Assembly (NCBI GenBank): GCA_964016885.1
Contig: OZ024758.1
Span: 37,572,001-37,636,000 of the forward strand
Reading direction: 5' to 3'
Length of the DNA: 64,000 bases
From: Eledone cirrhosa
Taxonomy: Eukaryota
Part shown: positions 43,039 to 56,514 of the stretch, piece by piece
Numbering within the stretch: the stretch's first letter is position 1
Layout: every line of letters begins with the position of its first letter
Program-made: the position numbers and the translations under genes
Notes under the pieces: generated by a model
Told to the model about the DNA's origin: nothing
Database searches by the model: none
The model's input: the letters and a program-made list of their open reading frames with translations, nothing else

Positions 43039-46000
43039 TCAGAAGGAACTCCACTGTTGGTGAGAATTCATTTAAGTTCATGGTACTAGCTGTCAGAAGT
43101 AACTCCACTGTTGGTGAGAATTCATTTAAGTTCATGGTATTAGTTTGTCAGAAGTAACTCCACTGTTGGTGAGAATTCATTTAAGTCATGGTATTAGTTG
43201 TCAGAAGTAACTCCAATGTTGGTGAGAATTCATTTAAGCCATGGTACTAGCTGTCAGAAGTAACTCCAATGTTGGTGAAAATTCATTTAAGTTCATGGTA
43301 TTAGCTGTCAGAACGAACTCCACTGTTGGTGAGAATTAATTTAAGTTCATGGTATTAGCTGTCAGAAGTAACTCCACTGTTGGTGAGAATTCATTTAAGT
43401 TCATGGTACTAGCTGTCAGAAGTAACTCCAATGTTGGTGAGAATTCATTTAAGTTCATGGTATTACCTGTCAGAAGTAACTCCATTGTTGGTGAGAGTTC
43501 ATTTAAGTCATGGTAATAGCTGTCAGAAGTAACTCCAATGTTGGTGAGAATTCATTTAAGTTCATGGTATTAGCTGTCAGAAGGAACGCCACTGTTGGTG
43601 AGAATTCATTTAAGTTCATGGTATTAGCTGTCAGAAGTAACTCCACTGTTGGTGAGAATTCATTTAAGTTCATGGTACTAGCTGTCAGAAGTAACTCCAA
43701 TGTTGGTGAGAATTCATTTAAGTTCATGGTATTAGCTGTCAGAAGGAACTCCACTGTTGGTGAGAATTCATTTAAGTCATGGTATTAGCTGTCAGAAGTA
43801 ACTCCAATGTTGGTGAGAATTCATTTAAGTTCATGGTATTAGCTGTCAGAAGTAACTCCACTGTTGGTGAGAATTCATTTAAGTTCATGGTATTAGCTGT
43901 CAGAAGTAACTCCACTGTTGGTGAGAATTCATTTAAGTTCATGGTACTAGCTGTCAGAAGTAACTCCACTGTTGGTGAGAATTCATTTAAGTTCATGCTA
44001 TTAGTTTGTCAGAAGTAACTCCACTGTTGGTGAGAATTCATTTAAGTCATGGTATTAGTTGTCAGAAGTAACTCCAATGTTGGTGAGAATTCATTTAAGT
44101 TCATGGTACTAGCTGTCAGAAGTAAATCCACTGTTGGTGAGAATTCATTTAAGTTCATGGTATTAGCTGTCAGAAGTAACTCCACTGTTGGTGAGAATTC
44201 ATTTAAGTTCATGGTACTAGCTGTCGGAAGTCACTCCACTGTTGGTGAGAATACATTTAAGTTCATGGTATTAGCTGTCAGAAGTCACTCCAATGTTGGT
44301 GAGAATTCATTTAAGTTCATGGTATTAGCTGTCAGAAGTAACTCCACTGTTGGTGAGAATTCATTTAAGTTCATGGTATTAGCTGTCAGAAGTAACTCCA
44401 CTGTTGGTGAGAATTCATTTAAGTTCATGGTACTAGCTGTCAGAAGTAACTCCACTGTTGGTGAGAATTCATTTAAGTTCATGGTATTAGCTGTCAGTAG
44501 TCACTCCAATGTTGGTGAGAATTCATTTAGGTTCATGGTATTAGCTGTCAGAAGTCACTCCCCTGTTGGTGAGAATTCATTTAAGTTCATGGTATTAGCT
44601 GTCAGAAGTAACTCCACTGTTGGTGAGAATTCATTTAAGTTCATGGTACTAGCTGTCAGAAGTAACTCCACTGTTGGTGAGAATTCATTTAAGTTCATGG
44701 TATTAGCTGTCAGAAGTCACTCCAATGTGGGTGAGAATTCATTTAGGTTCATGGTATTAGCTGTCAGAAGTCACTCCACTGTTGGTGAGAATTCATTTAA
44801 GTTCATGGTACTAGCTGTCAGAAGTAACCCCAATGTTGGTGAGAATTCATTTAAGTTCATGGTATTAGCTGTCAGAAGTCACTCCAATGTTGGTGAGAAT
44901 TCATTTAAGTTCATGGTATTAGCTGTCAGAAGTAACTCCACTGTTGGTGAGAATTCATTTATGTTCATGGTATTAGTTTGTCAGAAGTAACTCCACTGTT
45001 GGTGAGAATTCATTTAAGTCATGGTATTAGTTGTCAGAAGTAACTCCAATGTTGGTGAGAATTCATTTAAGTTCATGGTATTAGTTTGTCAGAAGTACCT
45101 CCACTGTTGGTGAGAATTCATTTAAGTCATGGTATTAGTTGTCAGAAGTAACTCCAATGTTGGTGAGAATTCATTTAAGTTCATGGTATTAGCTGTCAGA
45201 AGGAACTCCACTGTTGGTGAGAATTCATTTAAGTTCATGGTATTAGCTGTCAGAAGGAACTCCAATGTTGGTGAGAATTCATTTAAGTCATGGTACTAGC
45301 TGTCAGAAGTAACTCCACTGTTGGTGAGAATTCATTTAAGTTCATGGTATTAGCTGACAGAAGTCACTCCACTGTTGGTGAGAATTCATTTATGTTCATG
45401 GTATTAGTTTGTCAGAAGTAACTCCACTGTTGGTGAGAATTCATTTAAGTCATGGTATTAGTTGTCAGAAGTAACTCCACTGTTGGTGAGAATTCATTTA
45501 AGTTCAGGGTACTAGCTGTCAGAAGTAACTCCAATGTTGGTGAGAATTCGTTTAAGTTCATGGTATTAGCTGTCAGAAGGAACTCCACTGTTGGTGAGAA
45601 TTCATTTAAGTTCATGGTATTAGCTGTCAGAAGTAACTCCACTGTTGGTGAGAATTCATTTAAGTCATGTTATTAGCTGTCAGAAGTAACTCCATTGTTG
45701 GTGAGAATTCATTTAAGTCATGGTACTAGCTGTCAGAAGTAACTCCAATGTTGGTGAGAATTCATTTAAGTCATGGTACTAGCTGTCAGAAGTAACTCCA
45801 ATGTTGGTGAGAATTCATTTAAGTTCATGGTATTAGCTGTCAGAAGGAACTCCACTGTTGGTGAGAATTCATTTAAGTTCATGGTATTAGCTGTCAGAAG
45901 TAACTCCACTGTTGGTGAGAATTCATTTAAGTTCATGGTATTAGCTGTCAGAGGTAACTCCACTGTTGGTGAGAATTCATTTAAGTTCATGGTACTAGCT

Positions 46001-49000
46001 GTCAGAAGTAACTCCAATGTTGGTGAGTATTCATTTAAGTTCATGGTATTAGCTGTCAGAAGTAACTCCACTGTTGGTGAGAATTCATTTACGTCATGGT
46101 ATTAGCTGTCAGAAGTAATTCCAATGTTGGTGAGAATTCATTTAAGTTCATGGTATTAGCTGTCAGAATTAACTCCAATGTTGGTGAGAATTCATTTAAG
46201 TTCATGGTATTAGCTGTCAGAAGGAACTCCACTGTTGCTGAGAATTCATTTAAGTTCATGGTATTAGCTGTCAGAAGTAACTCCACTGTTGGTGAGAATT
46301 CATTTAAGTTCATGGTACTAGCTGTCAGAAGTAACTCCACTGTTGGTGAGAATTCATTTAAGTTCATGGTATTAGCTGTCAGAAGTCACTCCAATGTTGG
46401 TGAGAATTCATTTAAGTTCATGGTATTAGCTGTCAGAAGTCACTCCACTGTTGGTGAGAATTCATTTAAGTTCATGGTACTAGCTGTCAGAAGTAACCCC
46501 AATGTTGGTGAGAATTCATTTAAGTTCATGGTATTAGCTGTCAGAAGTCACTCCAATGTTGGTGAGAATTCATTTAAGTTCATGGTATTAGCTGTCAGAA
46601 GTAACTCCACTGTTGGTGAGAATTCATTTAAGTTCATGGTATTAGCTGTCAGAAGTAACTCCACTGTTGGTGAGAATTCATTTAAGTTCATGGTATTAGC
46701 TGTCAGAAGGAACTCCACTGTTGGTGAGAATTCATTTAAGTTCATGGTACTAGCTGTCAGAAGTAACTCCACTGTTGGTGAGAATTCATTTAAGTTCATG
46801 GTATTAGTTTGTCAGAAGTAACTCCACTGTTGGTGAGAATTCATTTAAGTCATGGTATTAGTTGTCAGAAGTAACTCCAATGTTGGTGAGAATTCATTTA
46901 AGCCATGGTACTAGCTGTCAGAAGTAACTCCAATGTTGGTGAGAATTCATTTAAGTTCATGGTATTAGCTGTCAGAACGAACTCCACTGTTGGTGAGAAT
47001 TCATTTAAGTGCATGGTATTAGCTGTCAGAAGTAACTCCACTGTTGGTGAGAATTCATTTAAGTTCATGGTACTAGCTGTCAGAAGTAACTCCACTGTTG
47101 GTGAGAATTCATTTAAGTTCATGGTATTAGTTTGTCAGAAGTACCTCCACTGTTGGTGAGAATTCATTTAAGTCATGGTATTAGTTGTCAGAAGTAACTC
47201 CAATGTTGGTGAGAATTCATTTAAGTTCATGGTATTAGCTGTCAGAAGGAACTCCACTGTTGGTGAGAATTCATTTAAGTTCATGGTATTAGCTGTCAGA
47301 AGGAACTCCAATGTTGGTGAGAATTCATTTAAGTCATGGTACTAGCTGTCAGAAGTAACTCCACTGTTGGTGAGAATTCATTTAAGTTCATGGTATTAGC
47401 TGTCAGAAGGAACTCCACTGTTGGTGAGAATTCATTTAAGTTCATGGTACTAGCTGTCAGAAGTAACTCCACTGTTGGTGAGAATTCATTTAAGTTCATG
47501 GTATTAGTTTGTCAGAAGTAACTCCACTGTTGGTGAGAATTCATTTAAGTCATGATATTAGTTGTCAGAAGTAACTCCAATGTTGGTGAGAATTCATTTA
47601 AGCCATGGTACTAGCTGTCAGAAGTAACTCCAATGTTGGTGAAAATTCATTTAAGTTCATGGTATTAGCTGTCAGAACGAACTCCACTGTTGGTGAGAAT
47701 TAATTTAAGTTCATGGTATTAGCTGTCAGAAGTAACTCCACTGTTGGTGAGAATTCATTTAAGTTCATGGTACTAGCTGTCAGAAGTAACTCCAATGTTG
47801 GTGAGAATTCATTTAAGTTCATGGTATTAGCTGTCAGAAGTAACTCCATTGTTGGTGAGAGTTCATTTAAGTCATGGTAATAGCTGTCAGAAGTAACTCC
47901 AATGTTGGTGAGAATTCATTTAAGTTCATGGTATTAGCTGTCAGAAGGAACGCCACTGTTGGTGAGAATTCATTTAAGTTCATGGTATTAGCTGTCAGAA
48001 GTAACTCCACTGTTGGTGAGAATTCATTTAAGTTCATGGTACTAGCTGTCAGAAGTAACTCCAATGTTGGTGAGAATTCATTTAAGTTCATGGTATTAGC
48101 TGTCAGAAGGAACTCCACTGTTGGTGAGAATTCATTTAAGTCATGGTATTAGCTGTCAGAAGTAACTCCAATGTTGGTGAGAATTCATTTAAGTTCATGG
48201 TATTAGCTGTCAGAAGTAACTCCACTGTTGGTGAGAATTCATTTAAGTTCATGGTATTAGCTGTCAGAAGTAACTCCACTGTTGGTGAGAATTCATTTAA
48301 GTTCATGGTACTAGCTGTCAGAAGTAACTCCACTGTTGGTGAGAATTCATTTAAGTTCATGCTATTAGTTTGTCAGAAGTAACTCCACTGTTGGTGAGAA
48401 TTCATTTAAGTCATGGTATTAGTTGTCAGAAGTAACTCCAATGTTGGTGAGAATTCATTTAAGTTCATGGTACTAGCTGTCAGAAGTAAATCCACTGTTG
48501 GTGAGAATTCATTTAAGTTCATGGTATTAGCTGTCAGAAGTAACTCCACTGTTGGTGAGAATTCATTTAAGTTCATGGTACTAGCTGTCGGAAGTCACTC
48601 CACTGTTGGTGAGAATACATTTAAGTTCATGGTATTAGCTGTCAGAAGTCACTCCAATGTTGGTGAGAATTCATTTAAGTTCATGGTATTAGCTGTCAGA
48701 AGTAACTCCACTGTTGGTGAGAATTCATTTAAGTTCATGGTATTAGCTGTCAGAAGTAACTCCACTGTTGGTGAGAATTCATTTAAGTTCATGGTACTAG
48801 CTGTCAGAAGTAACTCCACTGTTGGTGAGAATTCATTTAAGTTCATGGTATTAGCTGTCAGTAGTCACTCCAATGTTGGTGAGAATTCATTTAGGTTCAT
48901 GGTATTAGCTGTCAGAAGTCACTCCCCTGTTGGTGAGAATTCATTTAAGTTCATGGTATTAGCTGTCAGAAGTAACTCCACTGTTGGTGAGAATTCATTT

Positions 49001-49448
49001 AAGTTCATGGTACTAGCTGTCAGAAGTAACTCCACTGTTGGTGAGAATTCATTTAAGTTCATGGTATTAGCTGTCAGAAGTCACTCCAATGTTGGTGAGA
49101 ATTCATTTAGGTTCATGGTATTAGCTGTCAGAAGTCACTCCACTGTTGGTGAGAATTCATTTAAGTTCATGGTACTAGCTGTCAGAAGTAACCCCAATGT
49201 TGGTGAGAATTCATTTAAGTTCATGGTATTAGCTGTCAGAAGTCACTCCAATGTTGGTGAGAATTCATTTAAGTTCATGGTATTAGCTGTCAGAAGTAAC
49301 TCCACTGTTGGTGAGAATTCATTTATGTTCATGGTATTAGTTTGTCAGAAGTAACTCCACTGTTGGTGAGAATTCATTTAAGTCATGGTATTAGTTGTCA
49401 GAAGTAACTCCAATGTTGGTGAGAATTCATTTAAGTTCATGGTATTAG
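40686..49448 (+). repeat. Tandem duplication, period 4364 bp (81 monomers)
   Basis: Pairs 41088/45452, 41732/46096, 42541/46905, 43510/47874 and 44049/48413. A few singleton mismatches (about 41185, 43466, 44729, 46119, 47555). Confidence 0.92.
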
Positions 49449-52400
49449 CTGTCAGAAGTCACTCCAATGTTGGTGAGAATTCATTTAAGTTCATGGTATT
49501 AGTTGTCAGAAGGAACTCCAATGTTGGTGAGAATTCATTTAAGTCATGGTACTAGCTGTCAGAAGTAACTCCACTGTTGGTGAGAATTCATTTAAGTTCA
49601 TGGTATTAGCTGTCAGAAGGAACTCCACTGTTGGTGAGAATTCATTTAAGTTCATGGTATTAGCTGTCAGAAGTAACTCCACTGTTGGTGAGAATTCATT
49701 TAAGTCATGGTATTAGCTGTCAGAAGTAACTCCATTGTTGGTGAGAATTCATTTAAGTCATGGTACTAGCTGTCAGAAGTAACTCTAATGTTGGTGAGAA
49801 TTCATTTAAGTTCATGTTATTAGCTGTCAGAAGGAACTCCACTGTTGGTGAGAATTCATTTAAGTTCATGGTATTAGCTGTCAGAAGTAACTCCACTGTT
49901 GGTGAGAATTCATTTAAGTTCATGGTATTACCTGTCAGAAGTAACTCCACCGTTGGTGAGAATTCATTTAAGTTCATGGTACTAGCTGTCAGAAGTAACT
50001 CCAATGCTGGTGAGAATTCATTTAAGTTCATGGTATTAGCTGTCAGAAGTAACTCCACTGTTGGTGAGAATTCATTTAAGTTCATGGTATTAGCTGTCAG
50101 AAGTAACTCCACTGTTGGTGAGAATTCATTTAAGTTCATGGTATTAGCTGTCAGAAGTAACTCCACTGTTAGTGAGAATTCATTTAAGTTCATGGTACTA
50201 GCTGTCAGAAGTAACTCCAATGTTGGTGAGAATTCATTTAAGTTCATGGTATTAGCTGTCAGAAGTAACTCCACTGTTGGTGAGAATTCATTTAAGTCAT
50301 GGTATTAGCTGTCAGAAGTAACTCCACTGTTGGTGAGAATTCATTTAATTTCATGGTATTAGCTGTCAGAAGTAACTCCACTGTTGGTGAGAATTCATTT
50401 AAGTTCATGGTACGAGCTGTCAGAAGTAACTCCAATGTTGGTGAGAATTCATTTAAGTTCATGGTATTAGCTGTCAGAAGTAACTCCACTGTTGGTGAGA
50501 ATTCATTTAAGTCATGGTATTAGCTGTCAGAAGTAACTCCACTGTTGGTGAGAATTCATTTAAGTTCATGGTATTAGCTGTCAGAAGTAACTCCACTGTT
50601 GGTGAGAATTCATTTAAGTTCATGGTATTAGCTGTCAGAAGTAACTCCACTGTGGGTGAGAATTCATTTAAGTTCATGGTATTAGTTTGTCAGAAGAAAC
50701 TCCACTGTTGGTGAGAATTCATTTAAGTTCATGGTATTAGCTGTCAGAAGTAACTCCACTGTTGGTGAGAATTCATTTAAGTCATGGTATTAGCTGTCAG
50801 AAGTAACTACAATGTTGGTGAGAATTCATTTAAGTTCATGGTATTAGCTGTCAATAAGTCACTCCACTGTTGGTGAGAATTCATTTAAGTTCATGGTACT
50901 AGCTGTCAGAAGTAACCCCAATGTTGGTGAGAATTCATTTAAGTTCATGGTATTAGCTGTCAGAAGTCACTCCAATGTTGGTGAGAATTCATTTAAGTTC
51001 ATGGTATTAGCTGTCAGAAGTAACTCCACTGTTGGTAAGAATTCATTTAAGTTCATGGTATTAGCTGTCAGAAGTAACTCCACTGTTGGTGAGAATTCAT
51101 TTAAGTTCATGGTATTAGCTGTCAGAAGGAACGCCACTGTTGGTGAGAATTCATTTAAGTTCATGGTATTAGCTGTCAGAAGTAACGCCACTGTTGGTGA
51201 GAATTCATTTAAGTTCATGGTACTAGCTGTCAGAAGTAACTCCAATGTTGGGGAGAATTCATTTAAGTTCATGGTATTAGCTGTCAGAAGGAACTCCACT
51301 GTTGCTGAGAATTCATTTAAGTTCATGGTATTAGCTGTCAGAAGTAACTCCACTGTTGGTGAGAATTCATTTAAGTTCATGGTACTAGCTGTCAGAAGTA
51401 ACTCCACTGTTGGTGAGAATTCATTTAAGTCATGGTATTAGCTGTCAGAAGTAACTCCACTGTTGGTGAGAATTCATTTAAGTTCATGGTATTAGCTGTC
51501 AGAAGTAACTCCACTGTTGGTGAGAATTCATTTAAGTTCATGGTATTAGCTGTCAGAAGTAACTCCACTGTGGGTGAGAATTCATTTAAGTTCATGGTAT
51601 TAGTTTGTCAGAAGTAACTCCACTGTTGGTGAGAATTCATTTAAGTCATGGTATTAGTTGTCAGAAGTAACTCCAATGTTGGTGAGAATTCATTTAAGTT
51701 CATGGTATTAGCTGTCAGAAGTAACTCCACTGTTGGTGAGAATTCATTTAAGTTCATGGTATTAGCTGTCAGAAGTAACTCCACTGTGGGTGAGAATTCA
51801 TTTAAGTTCATGGTATTAGTTTGTCAGAAGTAACTCCACTGTTGGTGAGAATTCATTTAAGTCATGGTATTAGTTGTCAGAAGTAACTCCAATGTTGGTG
51901 AGAATTCATTTAAGTTCATGGTACTAGCTGTCAGAAGTAACTCCACTGTTGGTGAGAATTCATTTAAGTTCATGGTAATAGCTGTCAGAAGTAACTCCAC
52001 TGTTGGTGAGAATTCATTTAAGTCATGGTATTAGCTGTCAGAAGTAACTCCAATGTTGGTGAGAATTCATTTAAGTCATGGTACTAGCTGTCAGAAGTAA
52101 CTCCAATGTTGGTGAGAATTCATTTAAGTTCATGGTATTAGCTGTCAGAAGAAACTCCACTGTTGGTGAGAATTCATTTAAGTTCATGGTATTAGCTGTC
52201 AGAAGTAACTCCACTGTTGGTGAGAATTCATTTAAGTCATGGTATTAGCTGTCAGAAGTAACTCCAATGTTGGTGAGAATTCATTTAAGTTCATGGTATT
52301 AGCTGTCAATAAGTCACTCCACTGTTGGTGAGAATTCATTTAAGTTCATGGTACTAGCTGTCAGAAGTAACCCCAATGTTGGTGAGAATTCATTTAAGTT

Positions 52401-55400
52401 CATGGTATTAGCTGTCAGAAGTCACTCCAATGTTGGTGAGAATTCATTTAAGTTCATGGTATTAGCTGTCAGAAGTAACTCCACTGTTGGTAAGAATTCA
52501 TTTAAGTTCATGGTATTAGCTGTCAGAAGTAACTCCACTGTTGGTGAGAATTCATTTAAGTTCATGGTATTAGCTGTCAGAAGGAACGCCACTGTTGGTG
52601 AGAATTCATTTAAGTTCATGGTATTAGCTGTCAGAAGTAACGCCACTGTTGGTGAGAATTCATTTAAGTTCATGGTACTAGCTGTCAGAAGTAACTCCAA
52701 TGTTGGGGAGAATTCATTTAAGTTCATGGTATTAGCTGTCAGAAGGAACTCCACTGTTGCTGAGAATTCATTTAAGTTCATGGTATTAGCTGTCAGAAGT
52801 AACTCCACTGTTGGTGAGAATTCATTTAAGTTCATGGTACTAGCTGTCAGAAGTAACTCCAATGTTGGGGAGAATTCATTTAAGTTCATGGTATTAGCTG
52901 TCAGAAGTAACGCCACTGTTGGTGAGAATTCATTTAAGTTCATGGTACTAGCTGTCAGAAGTAACTCCAATGTTGGGGAGAATTCATTTAAGTTCATGGT
53001 ATTAGCTGTCAGAAGGAACTCCACTGTTGCTGAGAATTCATTTAAGTTCATGGTATTAGCTGTCAGAAGTAACTCCACTGTTCGTGAGAATTCATTTAAG
53101 TTCATGGTACTAGCTGTCAGAAGTAACTCCACTGTTGGTGAGAATTCATTTAAGTTCATGGTATTAGCTGTCAGAAGTAACTCCACTGTTGGTGAGAATT
53201 CATTTAAGTTCATGGTATTAGCTGACAGAAGTCACTCCACTGTTGGTGAGAATTCATTTATGTTCATGGTATTAGTTTGTCAGAAGTAACTCCACTGTTG
53301 GTGAGAATTCATTTAAGTCATGGTATTAGTTGTCAGAAGTAACTCCAATGTTGGTGAGAATTCATTTAAGTTCATGGTATTAGCTGTCAGAAGGAACTCC
53401 ACTGTTGGTGAGAATTCATTTAAGTTCATGGTATTAGTTGTCAGAAGGAACTCCAATGTTGGTGAGAATTCATTTAAGTCATGGTACTAGCTGTCAGAAG
53501 TAACTCCACTGTTGGTGAGAATTCATTTAAGTTCATGGTATTAGCTGTCAGAAGGAACGCCACTGTTGGTGAGAATTCATTTAAGTTCATGGTATTAGCT
53601 GTCAGAAGTAACTCCACTGTTGGTGAGAATTCATTTAAGTTCATGGTCCTAGCTGTCAGAAGTAACTCCAATGTTGGTGAGAATTCATTTAAGTGCATGG
53701 TATTAGCTGTCAGAAGGAACTCCACTGTTGGTGAGAATTCATTTAAGTTCATGGTATTAGCTGTCAGAAGTAACTCCACTGTTGGTGAGAATTCATTTAA
53801 GTCATGGTATTAGCTGTCAGAAGTAACTCCATTGTTGGTGAGAATTCATTTAAGTCATGGTACTAGCTGTCAGAAGTAACTCCAATGTTGGTGAGAATTC
53901 ATTTAAGTTCATGTTATTAGCTGTCAGAAGGAACTCCACTGTTGGTGAGAATTCATTTAAGTTCATGGTATTAGCTGTCAGAAGTAACTCCACTGTTGGT
54001 GAGAATTCATTTAAGTTCATGGTATTAGCTGTCAGAAGTAACTCCACCGTTGGTGAGAATTCATTTAAGTTCATGGTACTAGCTGTCAGAAGTAACTCCA
54101 ATGCTGGTGAGAATTCATTTAAGTTCATGGTATTAGCTGTCAGAAGTAACTCCACTGTTGGTGAGAATTCATTTAAGTTCATGGTATTAGCTGTCAGAAG
54201 TAACTCCACTGTTGGTGAGAATTCATTTAAGTTCATGGTATTAGCTGTCAGAAGTAACTCCACTGTTGGTGAGAATTCATTTAAGTTCATGGTACTAGCT
54301 GTCAGAAGTAACTCCAATGTTGGTGAGAATTCATTTAAGTTCATGGTATTAGCTGTCAGAAGTAACTCCACTGTTGGTGAGAATTCATTTATGTTCATGG
54401 TATTAGTTTGTCAGAAGTAACTCCACTGTTGGTGAGAATTCATTTAAGTCATGGTATTAGTTGTCAGAAGTAACTCCAATGTTGGTGAGAATTCATTTAA
54501 GTTCATGGTATTAGCTGTCAGAAGTCACTCCAATGTTGGTGAGAATTCATTTAAGTTCATGGTATTAGTTGTCAGAAGGAACTCCAATGTTGGTGAGAAT
54601 TCATTTAAGTCATGGTACTAGCTGTCAGAAGTAACTCCACTGTTGGTGAGAATTCAGTTAAGTTCATGGTATTAGCTGTCAGAAGGAACGCCACTGTTGG
54701 TGAGAATTCATTTAAGTTCATGGTATTAGCTGTCAGAAGTAACTCCACTGTTGGTGAGAATTCATTTAAGTTCATGGTACTAGCTGTCAGAAGTAACTCC
54801 AATGTTGGTGAGAATTCATTTAAGTGCATGGTATTAGCTGTCAGAAGGAACTCCACTGTTGGTGAGAATTCATTTAAGTTCATGGTATTAGCTGTCAGAA
54901 GTAACTCCACTGTTGGTGAGAATTCATTTAAGTCATGGTATTAGCTGTCAGAAGTAACTCCATTGTTGGTGAGAATTCATTTAAGTCATGGTACTAGCTG
55001 TCAGAAGTAACTCCAATGTTGGTGAGAATTCATTTAAGTTCATGTTATTAGCTGTCAGAAGGAACTCCACTGTTGGTGAGAATTCATTTAAGTTCATGGT
55101 ATTAGCTGTCAGAAGTAACTCCACTGTTGGTGAGAATTCATTTAAGTCATGGTATTAGCTGTCAGAAGTAACTCCATTGTTGGTGAGAATTCATTTAAGT
55201 CATGGTACTAGCTGTCAGAAGTAACTCCAATGTTGGTGAGAATTCATTTAAGTTCATGTTATTAGCTGTCAGAAGGAACTCCACTGTGGGTGAGAATTCA
55301 TTTAAGTTCATGGTATTAGTTTGTCAGAAGTAACTCCACTGTTGGTGAGAATTCATTTAAGTCATGGTATTAGTTGTCAGAAGTAACTCCAATGTTGGTG

Positions 55401-56514
55401 AGAATTCATTTAAGTTCATGGTACTAGCTGTCAGAAGTAACTCCACTGTTGGTGAGAATTCATTTAAGTTCATGGTAATAGCTGTCAGAAGTAACTCCAC
55501 TGTTGGTGAGAATTCATTTAAGTCATGGTATTAGATGTCAGAAGTAACTCCAATGTTGGTGAGAATTCATTTAAGTCATGGTACTAGCTGTCAGAAGTAA
55601 CTCCAATGTTGGTGAGAATTCATTTAAGTTCATGGTATTAGCTGTCAGAAGAAACTCCACTGTTGGTGAGAATTCATTTAAGTTCATGGTATTAGCTGTC
55701 AGAAGTAACTCCACTGTTGGTGAGAATTCATTTAAGTCATGGTATTAGCTGTCAGAAGTAACTCCAATGTTGGTGAGAATTCATTTAAGTTCATGGTATT
55801 AGCTGTCAATAAGTCACTCCACTGTTGGTGAGAATTCATTTAAGTTCATGGTACTAGCTGTCAGAAGTAACCCCAATGTTGGTGAGAATTCATTTAAGTT
55901 CATGGTATTAGCTGTCAGAATTCACTCCAATGTTGGTGAGAATTCATTTAAGTTCATGGTATTAGCTGTCAGAAGTAACTCCACTGTTGGTAAGAATTCA
56001 TTTAAGTTCATGGTATTAGCTGTCAGAAGTAACTCCACTGTTGGTGAGAATTCATTTAAGTTCATGGTATTAGCTGTCAGAAGGAACGCCACTGTTGGTG
56101 AAAATTCATTTAAGTTCATGGTATTAGCTGTCAGAAGTAACGCCACTGTTGGTGAGAATTCATTTAAGTTCATGGTACTAGCTGTCAGAAGTAACTCCAA
56201 TGTTGGGGAGAATTCATTTAAGTTCATGGTATTAGCTGTCAGAAGGAACTCCAATGTTGCTGAGAATTCATTTAAGTTCATGGTATTAGCTGTCAGAAGT
56301 AACTCCACTGTTCGTGAGAATTCATTTAAGTTCATGGTACTAGCTGTCAGAAGTAACTCCACTGTTGGTGAGAATTCATTTAAGTTCATGGTATTAGCTG
56401 TCAGAAGTAACTCCACTGTTGGTGAGAATTCATTTAAGTTCATGGTATTAGCTGACAGAAGTCACTCCACTGTTGGTGAGAATTCATTTATGTTCATGGT
56501 ATTAGTTTGTCAGA

